From the human T2T-CHM13v2.0 reference genome, Homo sapiens: a DNA stretch of 64,000 nucleotides. The translations under genes and the position numbers were made by a program. The DNA is taken from assembly GCF_009914755.1 (NCBI RefSeq), contig NC_060944.1. One strand, written 5' to 3'. The notes below the pieces were generated by a model. It saw nothing but the letters and a program-made list of their open reading frames with translations, searched no databases and was not told the origin of the DNA. This document shows positions 13,991-28,241 of this stretch, piece after piece. Position 1 is the first letter of the stretch. Every line of letters starts with the position of its first letter.

Positions 13991-14280
13991 GTGACCTATT
14001 TGAATATCCCTCAACCCTGGAAGGTTTACTGCAGAATTTAGTGGCCTCTTACAGATATCAAAGAATTGGCTATGAAATTGTACAAAATGTCGAAACTTAT
14101 TCTCTCCTTTCCAGGTGGGTGAGCAGGGGAGATAATGTATCCATAAAGGAGCTTCTTGGATGGGTGGTGTCTCCAACTTCTTTCGGTCACCTACCTATTA
14201 TGGGTGATCCTCTTCATGAGGCATGTCCTTCTTGACCCAAAATCTGTAACCCCACCCTTTTTGTTCTAATTAGAAAAACA

Positions 14281-14830
14281 CTCATGCATTCATTTAGATA
14301 AATATTCATTGAAAACCCACTATACGCCAGGTACTCTGCTGTACACGGAGACATCAATTGTAACTATGATATGTTCTCCTGGCCCTTACATTCTAGAGGA
14401 GAGGGGCAGAGAACAAACACGTAAACAAAAATAAACACAAAATAATTTCTAACGCAGTGTGAAAGGATACAAACCATCGCACTGGGTCTGAGAACAGTGA
14501 GAGAATCAGATTGGAGTGTAAGTTGGATGGATGGACTATGTGGACGGGGTCATCAAGGACCCCACTCTGAAGAGGTGAACTTTTTTGCTGACACATGAAT
14601 AATGAGAAAGAACTGGCTTCAGAGATCTGGGGAAACAGTGTTTCAGGGAAAGGCAAAAGGATGTTTCACATACGAGAAGGAGCTTGGCTTGTTTGGGAAA
14701 CAGCAAGGGGGATAGTACTGAGGCAGGGAGCGGGAGGTTGGCTTGCTGTGCAGAAGCCAGGGTGCAGGGGATCTTGTCAGCTGTCTCAGAGAGGACCTTG
14801 AGAAGTCACTGGAGGCGGGTAAACCCAGGA
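14281..14830 (-). mobile_element. L2 (L2a-like)
   Basis: CATTCATTTAGATAAATATTCATTGA...CTTACATTCTAG...CTCTGAAGAGGTGA. Confidence 0.75.
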
Positions 14831-17073
14831 GTGGCAGCATCGATTTACCCTTTGAGAGAACATACTGGGATGCTACTGAGTGAGGAAAACAATAGCATAG
14901 AAGAGTGTGAAATCTAGTCTCCCTCCTTCTTAATCAAGTAAATTGTATATTGCAGTCCTTAAAAGAGATTGGTCACAAATAATTTTCAACACACCTGATA
15001 ACTGTGCAAAACTTCTTTTTGTCTCATTTTTGAGAAGTGCTCTGGTAAAATATGAAGTGCCTCTGTGAAGGTGTGAGCCTCTGTCCCAAAAGGGCTTGTG
15101 GGAGTTGTTTTGGAGCTTATAGATGAGACTCTGCTTTCCAGCTCCTGTGAATTTCACAATCCCAAGAGTCAGTAGTGACATAGTCCCAGGGTAGGTGGAG
15201 AAGATTAGAGCCTGGGAATTGTCTTCTTCCTGGGCAAACCCCCAACTTAACAGATGATGTATAGCTAACTAGACCCCATCTGTTCTATAAAAGAGAGGAA
15301 GCCGCACCCTGTCTTATAGCAGCACTAGAATGTTTGAACACAGTTTGGAACAGTCCCACCAACAAGGTCAAGAAAGAATTGAGGCAACTAATTGGATAAT
15401 TCATCAATTAGTTGAAATCCTCTGCCCCAAAGATTTTATGTAAAACAACTTGAACTGCTCTTTTCCCCATTAAATTACAATGACTCCTCAGCTCACCACT
15501 GCGTTTTTGTGGATATGATTGTCTTTACAAAAAATATTTTATTATAATATGGGTAAAGACTTTTTCCCTTGTTTTGCCCATTTATAAATGTGTACTTTTA
15601 AAACTGTTCTGTCCCAAGTATAACTGCTCTCTTTACTTATTTTGTCATTAACGTCATCTTTTTTGTTTGTTTGTAATTCTAAGTCCGATTATTCTCTGCC
15701 CCATGCCTTTCCAATTTTGCTGTCTTATTCTCCCAATTGCTAAATAATTAGTCAATATGGCTTCACCATATGTACAGAGCTCCACAGATAAGCAATTGGC
15801 CTTTGACACTACTCAGCCAGTAAGCTCTCAATGCAGAAGTTTGAATTTTGACCACATGTCCCTACTTGCTGGTGAACACCTAAGAATGTAATTAGATGAC
15901 TACAGTTTGGTTGTTCTTCCTTGGACAATTCATTTTGCAACTTAATTCCCAGGTTCTCAGAGACACCAACTTCTAAACATTATACAGAGCCCATCAGAGG
16001 ATGACATATTCCCCCACATGATAGCATATTTTTTATCTTTAAAACTTAAAAAGTAAAATAAAATAAAAAAGTAAAACTTCAGCACGTTTTTCCTCTCCAG
16101 GGTTTATCTTATTTACTTCCCTCGTGCTGTTCAGCTAATTCCCTGCCAGGGACTTATTGCTGTAACTAAGCCATCACACAGAGGCATGCCAAAGACACTT
16201 GTGAACAAAGTGTTTATTTCTCTTAACAGAGCCAGCAATTTTCAGATTTTCTGAAGTGCAGCCCCCAGCAAACCCTCACTACCTGTTTTAGTAACTTCCC
16301 ACAGACGTTCACATTTTCATAGGTTCTGTGGTATTGTTTCGTAATGATCTTTAGGAGAGAGGGAAAAAAAACTGCAGCAAATGTCAAACCTTAGGATGTA
16401 TTCAAGAGGCCTTCAAGTCACTGCAGATTCAGGATCTGCAAGATAACTAAAGCACTTACATCTCAATATATGGCTTTTAAGGTCAGAAGTATCATAAAAT
16501 CACTCAGGACATCTTGTTCTGTTCAAGTTCCTTTTCATTTTCCCGCCCTAATGGTAGTTGCTCAAACTTCTTGAGAAAGGCAATTTCTGATGTTCCCCTG
16601 GAAGAGATTTTCTTGACAAAGGATTTGAAGGGTTAGTATTTTCTTTCTCCTTCTTCTCTCTCCTGTTTTAATCTGAAACGTAATATTTATTATCTCCAAT
16701 AGATAAAATACAACAGTTATTCCCCCTTCCCCCTCCATGTCATCCTTTTCTTTTAAAATGAGTAGTGTCTGCCTATGTCAGGATGATTTTGGTGAGTGAA
16801 TGGATATAATTTGCCTCAGATCAGCCCAACACATCAGTCAACATCACTAAGTGGTCAAACACTCCAGTTTCAAATATGTTTCTGAGAATCTAACTGCTGA
16901 AACCAGGGAGCTTTGACTAAATTTCTTTGGAACTTTGGAGAGGAAGCAGGGAGGAGAAAAGGGGTCGCAATTGGCAATGTGTTTCCTTTTTGCCCAGTGG
17001 AAGGTGTTGCATATTTGTTTATATGGATCAAATAGCTTCAAGGGTAGGAGGACTTACAGACAGAGTGATTTCT

Positions 17074-17391
<318 letters not shown>

Positions 17392-17439
17392 CCCAGAGTG
17401 ATTTCTAAAAGGGAAAAAGAAATACATGTTAGTAACAAA

Positions 17440-17650
17440 GTGAGGTAGCAGAAAGAATATGCCACTTTGAAATCAAGGAGACTGAAGTTCAGATTCTGTC
17501 TTTCTCAATGACTGTGTGACCTCAGACAGGCCATTTAATCTCTGGGTTTTATTTTCCTCAACTGCAAAATGAAGATTTAAAAATATGTTTATCTACCCTG
17601 CTCCTTTGCCAGGGAAATTAAACAGTTGCTAATGGTATTAGGATGTAGTA
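17440..17650 (+). mobile_element. MIR
   Basis: CTGTGTGACCTCAG...TTTCCTCAACTGCAAAATG. Confidence 0.7.
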
Positions 17651-17729
17651 AACTCTCTGAATGTTGGTGTCTGCCCATCCCCTAAGCCGAACTAAGCCTT
17701 TAATATTTATACATTAGAATACCTCAACC

Positions 17730-18730
17730 AAACGACGTAGGAGCAAGAAGGTAAAAGGAAAAGCATAGAGAACGACAGATACACGTTTGCAAAAAGCAAT
17801 ACTTCTGTTCAGTAGATACCCTCTTCTCCTTTTATTGTTACTTGGTTGCTTGGCAACTTTAACCCGCTCATCCCTAAAAGCACAGTGCCACCTGCAACCC
17901 CCAACTTTCAGGTTTTTAAAAAAGGAACCTTCTATTAGGAGAAAATTCACCTTCGTGGCAGCGCCATTTGACGGGAGAAAAGTATATGTTTGAAAAGGCA
18001 CCCCAGCCAACATGAATACATCTCGCATTTAGCACTCGGAGATGAGAATATCATAATATTTAAATCAGTTTTGAGAACTTTCCTTGAAAAGGAAAAGTGG
18101 GGGGAAAATCCACTAGTTGAATACCCAGGGAGGCCGCGGGGAGTGGTTACCATAGCGATTTCGCACTGGCAAGTGGTATTGGGGAGCAGATTGGCATCGC
18201 TTAATCCTTTTTATTTGTAATTTATGTATGTTGGCTCATTCTCTGTGCCAGTCCAGATTTTTCTGTTTACCTGCCATTCCGCTTGATATGAGTGAGGAGC
18301 GATGATGCCAGGTTGCAGCCATTTCTTCAATTTGTCAACATCGGGGTTCAGAAGGACAGCCGAGAGTACATGGGGGTGTCCTAGCACTCGGTTTTGCCCG
18401 ATGTTAGCAAAGCGTTGAGGAAAATTTTGTGGGAATTGCTGGGAGTGAGGGAGAAAGCCATGAAATTCTCTATGATAATCCAGAAACGGATTGAGACCCA
18501 TTTTGGCCTTATAAATCTGGATTTCATCGAACCTTGTTAGTGAATAATTTTTATTCTCTAGTGAATGCAAAAGAAAAGGAGATGGAACACTTTTGGTCTT
18601 ATCTCATCATCCTGTGGCAAACATGATCCTTGAAAATAAATATTCTGTTGCCTAACCTGCTAAGTAATTGTCTTTCTAACCGTGTGTGGGTGCTGGGTTC
18701 CCGGGAGAATGGGTATTAACAGTGTTTCTC
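17730..18730. promoter_or_regulatory. Candidate enhancer with RFX X-box motifs
   Basis: Repeat-free and CpG-retaining; GTTGCTTGGCAAC at 17845-17857 and GTTACCATAGCGAT at 18146-18159. Confidence 0.45.
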
Positions 18731-19779
18731 GAACCCTCTTCACACTTCCTCAGGATTAGGCCACAGGAAAATGTCAGTTTCACTGACAATTAAATGGAGT
18801 AAGTTCCTTATTCTCAAGAAAGGAGGAAGGAGATGAACATTTTCTAGACACCTTCCTTTAGTCTCAGTGAGCCTTGGACTAAGAAAGGCAAGCCTTCAAA
18901 ATGGGCTTCAGTAGATGTCAACTAATAAATGTTCATTTCCATAAAATTTAAATGAACCCCGTAAAATCTACCTCTTGCTGTGCCAGAGCCCTATCTCATT
19001 ACTCAAAATAGCAGCAATGTAATCATTGGAAACCACACCCTCCACGGCCAAGGTGGCTGGTAGGAAAGAAAGTCATAGCTAATTTCCACACGCTTGCCCA
19101 CAAAGGTGGTGAAAATAAGTAGCTAGACCTCTTCCAGTTCTTTCTGCTGTAGGCCATATCTCCTTCCAACCACATGTACCTTATAAATTAATAATTTTCA
19201 GATGTAGCGCTGCATTTTGATTAACCAAGAGGCAGAGCAAGGATTTCTTTTTCTCTCAGTACACACAGGCAACAGTCCAAATATCTAAATACTTAAAAAC
19301 TGCACGTGCTCTTTAAGAAAATTTCAAAACTTTAGACACCCCCCAAGACAGGGACCGATTTACTGCTCTAGATGAGTTCTGCGCCCTCTTTGCATTTTAA
19401 GTGACCTTTAAGCAATGATGACGTCTATCTTGTTGAGACTTAATTGCTTAATCAGAGAAACTGTTTTTCAGTTACACAAATATTTCCTTTAAGGCCCATC
19501 TTTTAAGTTTAAAAAGCCTTCATTTAAATTTAGACACATTGAGATATTCCATATTTTCATCATCAACAGCACAACTGGAAGGTGGTTTACAGAAACACTG
19601 AGATAAGCAGTATTCTTCTATGAACGGTATCACAGACAGCGATTACATGAAGTTTTCAAGTGATTAAAAGGCTTGCAGCCTGTGCAGATATGCTCAAACT
19701 CCCACCCATCTTGAAATCCAGTGCCCTCTTGACGTTTCTGTGAGTTCCCAGAAATTGTATTTTTCTTAATAGGGAAGGC

Positions 19780-20018
19780 AATCTGGGGTTGTGGATAAGA
19801 ACTTAGATGCTAGAATTCGACTACCTAGTTTCAATTATTGTATGTCTATGGACAAGAGAAGCAGCCTCTCTGTTCTTCAGTTTCCCCACCTGTGAAATGG
19901 AGAAAATAATAGGTCTGTCTTATAGGTTCTTGAGTAGATTAAAAATGTTAAACTTTTAAGCACTTTGAACCAGGGCTCACCATGTTGTAAGTACCCAATA
20001 CACATTTACTGTAATTAT
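19780..20018 (+). mobile_element. MIR
   Basis: CTCTCTGTTCTTCAGTTTCCCCACCTGTGAAATGG core. Confidence 0.8.
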
Positions 20019-20169
20019 TTTTTGTTTCTTCAGAATTCTTTTTTCTCACCTTACCTTTGTAGCAATTCTTTTATCACTTCCCTAGAGTTAACCCAAGGTG
20101 GACCCAGCCCTTTCACCTTAATCATTGACCATCCCCAACCTTCACACATCATTCAAACAACAGATTCTT

Positions 20170-20388
20170 TATTATTATTATTATTATTATACTTTAAGTT
20201 TTAGGGTACATGTGCACAATGTGCAGGTAAGTTACATATGTATACATGTGCCATGCTGGTGTGCTGCACCCATTAACTCGTCACTTAGCATTAGGTATAT
20301 CTCCTAAAGCTAACCCTCCCCCCTCCCCCCACCCCACAACAGTCCCCAGAGTGTGATGTTCCCCTTCCTGTGTCCATGTGTTCTCATT
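20170..20388 (-). mobile_element. Young L1PA2/L1PA3-type 3' UTR fragment
   Basis: Near-consensus L1 3' end with GAG (not ACA/ACG) at the Ta-diagnostic site; flanking direct repeats at 20149-20169 and 20384-20404. Confidence 0.93.
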
Positions 20389-20668
20389 CAAACAACAGAT
20401 TCTTGTAGTAAACTTTTATTGGAAGGTAGAGGTGAGTACAGCAAACAATCTAATATTTAGTTTTAGAGCTCCCGGTACTTATGGCATATGGCATTGCACC
20501 ATGACATGCCCTGCTTGTAGCATATCGTACTGTGGGGTAATTCAAAAGTCCAGTCTTGGTCTAGGCTGCCATGATGCTTGTTTCCTTCCTCACCATTCTA
20601 CCACCCCAAGAAAAAGCAAAACAAACGAACAACAACAACAGCAAAAAAAGCACCTCCTCCTTAATTAG

Positions 20669-21063
<395 letters not shown>

Positions 21064-21070
21064 TTAATGA

Positions 21071-21370
<300 letters not shown>

Positions 21371-21831
21371 CCTTAATGAACTCTTTAAATGCTGAAAACA
21401 CCTCGTGGATATTATTCTTTTCTGCCCCCATCCATCTAGGTAAGAAACAATGGAATGGATGGAGCTACATTTATTATGCTGTAGCCCGGTAGAAGGCACA
21501 GTCAGCTCTGGTTTTGGATAGCCAAGTTTTTTTCTTTCTTTTTTTTTTCTTTTCTGGTACAATGGTCATTCAGCTTACTAGGCAGAGAAGTGCCTGCACT
21601 GGGACACGCCAAGCTATATCCCAGACAAGTGAATGACTGGACTTATAAAAAACGCTCCTTATACAAATGTCTGACAATCACAGGGTCTCTTCATTTCCTG
21701 CTCCAATGAGTTTGGCTCTGGTTTTAAGTTGGCTACAAGGAGGTGCTTTGATCTCACCTTGAACATGCTTATTTTCAGTGTCTGGCTCTTTCTGGGCACC
21801 ACGGATGTACAATATAAAAATGTGTTTGGCT

Positions 21832-22608
<777 letters not shown>

Positions 22609-23004
22609 AAAAGGAAGGAAAGTCTGAGATGTACAGATTTGAAGGGGTTAGGATTTTGCTGCTGCGTCTCAATGCTTATCAGCTACACAATGCTAAGAGC
22701 CTGCATGAAACCTCGCGGAGGAAAAAAAAATAGTTAAATATTTAAATGATTTGCCGACATGGGGAACTTGCCATTGGCAGCAAAGATTTATTAAGCAGGC
22801 TGCAAAACAAGATGTCGTTAAACAGTTTGAAGGCACGCCCTCATAATTAAGAAAGGAGAAGTTTTCTAATTTGGGTAATGAAATCTGTGGCTCAGATGAA
22901 CATTTATTTTATTAATATTTATCGTGTGCCTACTGTGTGCCAGGCACCTCATGAACTAATCCCATTAAACAACAGAAAAGTTTCCCTAATGCCAAATCTA
23001 CTGG

Positions 23005-23310
23005 TAATAATAGCTGCCATTAGTTGGACACCGACATGCTACCAAGCAATGTGCTAAGCATTTTACCTAACAGTTTATCCTCACAGGAATTCTAAGAAGT
23101 AGGTATAATTGCTGTCAATTTATACATAGAGTGAGGAACCACCCCAAGTTTGTCCGGACTGAGGCATTTCCCAGGACACAGGACTTTAAGTGTTAAGCCA
23201 GAGACGTCTCAGGCAAAGTACTGGGAAATGAACAAAGTGAGGCTGAGTGCGGGTAAATGACCAATCCAGGGTCACAGAATCGGCAGGTGACGCTCCTGGA
23301 ATGCAACGCA
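23005..23310 (-). mobile_element. MIR interrupted by MER81 (about 23130-23235)
   Basis: MIR pieces flank GTTTGTCCGGACTGAGGCATTTCCCAGGACACAGGACTTT (MER81). Confidence 0.65.
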
Positions 23311-23637
23311 ATGCCACCTGTTACCTGCTCCTCCCAGGCTGCAACTTGATTCCCAAACCTCCCCTTGAACCCAGAACACTGACCACTTCCCTTCCCTGCC
23401 ACTTCCATCCCACCATCTGCTCTTCCAAGTACAAAAGAGCTGACCCAAACCCAAAAGAGCTGACCCTCTCTCTGAGCTATAGAGCTGTCAAGAAAAATCC
23501 TGGTCCCCATTGGATGGGCTTGGGTGGTCTTTCAGGGGCAACAGCACTGCATCATAGCAGCTGTTTCGACCCTTCACCACAGAGGCCTGCATGCTCCCTC
23601 CAGCCCCTTCTCCAGGCCATTAGAACTTAATTGCCTG

Positions 23638-23975
23638 CAGACTGTTTCTCAGCCCTGGTCGCACATTAGTGTCACCTGGGGAGCTTTTGCAACATACTGA
23701 AGCCAGCACCATCCATAGCAGAATCTGTAAGAGTGGGCCTGGATGTAGGGCTTTTTTTCTAACTTTTTAAAAAATTCAGGTTATCTTTTCTGCAGCCAAG
23801 TTCATAAATATTAGTAAAGTTCAATGGATTTTACATAGGTTCACACCCATTTAACCACCCGCCAGATCAAAATATGAACTATTTCCAGCCCTTGGGAAAT
23901 TCCATTATGGCCACGGATATGGTTTTAAACCCCCAGAGGTGATTCTAATGTGATCTGGGCGGCTCTAAACCAGTA
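23638..23975. mobile_element. MER5-type MITE containing a minus-strand L1ME 3' fragment (about 23765-23912)
   Basis: CACATTAGTGTCACCTGGGGAGCTTT and GGTGATTCTAATGTG (MER5); ACCACCCGCCAGATCAAAATATGAAC (L1ME). Confidence 0.6.
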
Positions 23976-25538
23976 GAATGACCCTGGATAGGTCCTTTAC
24001 CCCAACTCAGACTCAATCAGATTGGAACGCTACTGGTTTAGAGCCCAGATCCTCTGTAGCCAGAGAGGATGCATTTTTCCAAAGATGGCAGTGGCTACAA
24101 ATTCCTCTCTCACTGGACAGAGAAGGGAGAAAAAAATAATCCTCAGTAGTGCATCCCGCTGTGTTTATTTGCACATATTCTTCTCCCACGACATAGTGAA
24201 CATCTTGAAGGCAGAAACTGCATCTTTCCGAGAGCCTGACAAAGGGCGTTTGCATAGTAAATATTTATCAAATGGAGAAAAATAAAGAAGAAATAGACAT
24301 GTGTACTGGGGAGTCATGTTTGGTCTCCAGTTAGGTTCCTCAAGTTTCTCTGAGAAGACAGACAGAGAGCAGCATTCAGTCCTTTTTGCAGTCTCTGCTT
24401 TCTTTCTTTGACCTCAAAAGGGCGAGTTCAGGAAAATGTTGATTCTGGGTCTTGTTCTTCTGTAGAGTTCACACGCGGTCTGTGCATAGGTGACACCAGT
24501 GACTTGTAGTGTAATCCTGCCGTGTTGAAAGCTGATGTCAACTGCTAAATGGGGGAAAGCAGGGCGTCTCGATGGTGATGTGTATGTATGTACACGTGCA
24601 GCCGGAAAATAAGCAAAGGACTCAGGAAATGGATGTTGTACCAGCAAAAGGCCACCGACACTTAGGAATGATCCATGTCGAATGCACGTTGAGCTGCCCT
24701 GGGTCACCGGGGGAGGCATTTCTTTTTTAATGTATAAAACTTACAAGTTTGAAAAATACGTATTTAGCCTGGAGGGCAGTTAAAAAGACTTTATTGTGTC
24801 AGCATCCCCAGATCATTTATACATTTTTGTGCCCACATATTTTATTCATAATGTCTATTTTATTCTTCTTTATTTTGTCAACTTGGTGTTCGACATTACT
24901 GTTTCTCTTAGAAAACAACCCCGTTATCGGAACCAGGCCACATGACTGTGGATAAAGGCGAGAGCATTGTCGGGCAAGGTTAAAAATCAGCACGGTGTTA
25001 AGCACCTGGGAGGGCTTCATGGTTTGGGCTTGAGTTTATTGTTATATGGTTCCTGAGGCCTTGCATCGGGGCAGCAGTTGGGGAAGAGGGCTGCGGTTTT
25101 AACAATGACAGAGAACTCAGGGGGCAAAAGACTGAAGGCCATTCAGGTTCTTCACATGAAGGGAGGACCAAGGTTTGTTCGCCAACAGGCAAGACAGAGC
25201 AGAGTGCTCACATCACACCACCCCCGAAAATGGCAAATAGAGCAAGATACAAATCACTGGCTTCTCAGGAATTATCTGGACAGCCCAAGAGGTCTTGGGA
25301 AATGACTGCCATGAGCTGAGGGCTCAAAACCTTATATTTATTCAAAGAACGACTGCCCTGTTGCTGTCAGGTCACACAGATTGTTGGGCTACTTCAAGAA
25401 GTGTTTCTTCTGAAATCAGGTTCTGGGCTGAAGATGTGAGAATTTTAGGATATTAGCTCTTGTTTCTGCCCTCCCACCCCACTTCTATACCAAAGCATGC
25501 AAAGCCTTTCACTGAATGCAATGAAAAAAGAATTTATC

Positions 25539-25633
25539 AAAAAGGAAGAGAAGCAAAGAGAAAGGAGAAAGAAAAGAAAGAGAAGAGGAAAAGAAAGGAA
25601 GGAAAGGAAGATAAAAGGAAGAAAGAGAAGAAA
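25539..25633. repeat. Polypurine low-complexity tract
   Basis: About 95 nt of A/G with two pyrimidines. Confidence 0.9.
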
Positions 25634-26519
25634 CCACTGTACATTAGACAAGTGTTAATGGGAGAGTTCAGGAGAAGGAGTTTTACAAATAAGAAGAAGA
25701 CATTTTATTCTCCAGGGCAACAAGCATGATGTGTATTTCCAGTATATGTCATGTACATCTCCCAAATTAGCATGCTACCAATGGAGTGATATCACCATAT
25801 TAATATTGCTGCTTCTTCAACTGTGTCAGCCTGGCTTTTGCAACACACGTCTGTCAGCCATGAGATGTTGGATCTCAGTGCATCTAACCTTCCTGTCATT
25901 CAAAGTCATTTGAAAGTGGAAAGAGTAGGAACCCTTCTGACTTGGAAGGGCATTTGCAGACCTTCCTTTAGTGTGCTCTGTGTAACATGAATCCCAAAAC
26001 CGAGGAAACAAAAGCAAGGAGGGCTCATGATCAAATGAGTATGGATAATGCTTTTAACTCCATCTCGTTATTGGACATTCCCAGTGGAAGTGAGCAAATG
26101 AATAGCTCTGAAAGCCACTGAAATAAAGAAAATTGTTGAGCATCTAACATAGTACCTCCCAACTCTCTCTGACCATGGAATGTTTTTTCTCCACCTGGAA
26201 TTCTTTTAAACAAGTATTCTAAAGAACATGCTTTGAAATAAAAGCAAGAGCCCAGGAGACAGGAGACCTGACTAAAGACTAAATTGCCTTTGCAGGTCAG
26301 CTAGTCCAACGTTTCATTTTAGAGATAAGAAAATGAAGAAACAGAAGTTGTATGGTCAGTGGAGGGTCACAGAGGCAGAATTAGAACCAAATGACCCAGA
26401 ACAAATGCATTTACCTCTGTGGGCCTCAGTTTCCCTGTCCCTATTGGACTAGATCAGAGGATATCAACTAGTAGGCCTTGAAACAGTCTTAGATGTGTCA
26501 CCTAATTCTGAATAATGCG

Positions 26520-27105
26520 TGTATTTGTAGTCTGCTGCTGTGAAACTAATTACCCCAAACTTAATGGCTTTAAACAACATGTTTATTATTTCACAGTTTC
26601 TGTGCATAAGGAGTCCAGGCACCAGTTAGGTGAGCCCTCTGCATCAGGATTTCACAAGATTGCAATCCAGGCTTTGGCCAGGGCTGCAGTCTCATCAGAG
26701 GTTTGACTGGGGAAAGACCCACTTCCAAGCTCTCACACATCGATGGTAAAATTCATTTCCTTTCAGCTCTAGGATTGAGGGCTCTGGTTTCTTGCTGGCT
26801 GTTGACTGATGGCTACCTTCAACTCCTAGAGGCCATCTAGTATTAGACCTCCACCATGTGGGATTCCCCAACATGACCATTTACCTCATCAAAGCCAGCA
26901 AGGGAGAAAGAGTCTCTTTCAAGATGGAGGTCACCATCCAGTGCATTATAATTATGAAAGTGACATCCCATAACCTTGCCGTATTCTATTGGTTAAAAGC
27001 AAGTTACAAGTCCCACACACACTCAAGGAGAAGGGACTACACAAGAAAAACATGCACATCAAGAAATGGGGATTATAGGACCACTGTAAGAGCCTGGCTG
27101 CCAAA
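26520..27105 (-). mobile_element. MLT1E-type solo LTR
   Basis: GCTGCTGTGAAACTAATTACCCCAAACTTAATGGCTT start; GGGCTGCAGTCTCATC; TATTCTATTGGTTAAAAGCAAG. Confidence 0.85.
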
Positions 27106-27934
27106 ATGTGCAAAATTTATTTTTGCTGAAAATGAGTATACCATTACAGAGATATTTGGTGGGGTAGACCATTGTGCTGAGATGATCATCTGATGTGCTG
27201 TAAAGCAAGGTATACCTTGCAATAAGCTAAAAGTAAGAATTATAGCACAGAGCAGAATTGCATCTCACAAGGTGTAAACTTCTAAAAGCAGCTCATAAGA
27301 GGAAAATTGCCTATAGTCAAAATTACCATTAAAAATCTTTTAAGCCATTCATAAAGTACAGTGCACTTATTTTGTGTATTACTACATTGTACATTACCTT
27401 GAACTGTAATTCTTATGCAGCTGAAGTTTAAAAATTATTCAGCCAGACTGAAGGCATGTCTATACCCAGAATCTGGGCATTCAAACCATCCTGCCTCAAT
27501 ATAAATTTCTAACAGTAAAGCAAATATGGATGAAGAATATTAAAGCATCTAGCCTCCAGAGATTATTTCATTCTGTTTTAAAAGTATGCTTCAGAAACCT
27601 TATAACATGCTAATAGGTTTGTTTGGTTGGTGAGAGTTAAACAAGATAAAACACATGAAACAAATCAGCCCTCAGCCTGGCACACACAGTGGGCAGTGAA
27701 TTTTTGCAGACTGTGAACGTGCATCTTGATCAGACACTCAGACACACGTACACTGCCTTTTGAAGAGCTGCAGAAAACAACTTGGCCACATGTGTCCTGC
27801 TTGTCCAAGATGGCATTTTCCTCTGTAGTTTCCCAGCAGTTTCCACTCTCATGAGCACTGTGCCCATCTTCATGAGGAGAAGATTCTATAGTCAATGCCT
27901 TATTTGAATGAGCAAACAGGACATCTTACCTGTA

Positions 27935-28241
27935 GTCAGGCATGGTGGCTCACACCTGTAATCCCAACACTTTGGGAGGCGGAGGTGGGATGATCACTTA
28001 AACCCAAGAGTTTGAGACCAGCCTTGGAAACATAGGGAGATATTGTCTCTACAAAAAATAAAAGATTAGCTGGGTATGGTGGCACATGCCTGTAGTCCTA
28101 GCTACTCATGAGGCTGAGGTGGGAGGATCATTTGAGCCCAGGAAGTTGAGGCTGCAGTGAACTATGATCCTGCCACTGCACTCTAGCCTGGGTGACAGAG
28201 GGAGATCCTGGCTCAGAAAAATAAAAATTTTTAAAAAAAAA
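27935..28241 (+). mobile_element. AluJ
   Basis: J-type motifs; TSD ATCTTACCTGTA. Confidence 0.95.

Noticed and set aside
20170-20388. Active human-specific L1-Ta insertion
   Set aside because: It carries GAG, not ACA/ACG, at the diagnostic 3' UTR position, along with other L1PA2/3-type bases.
25460-25729. Lys/Glu/Arg-rich protein ORF
   Set aside because: It is a translation of a polypurine low-complexity tract.
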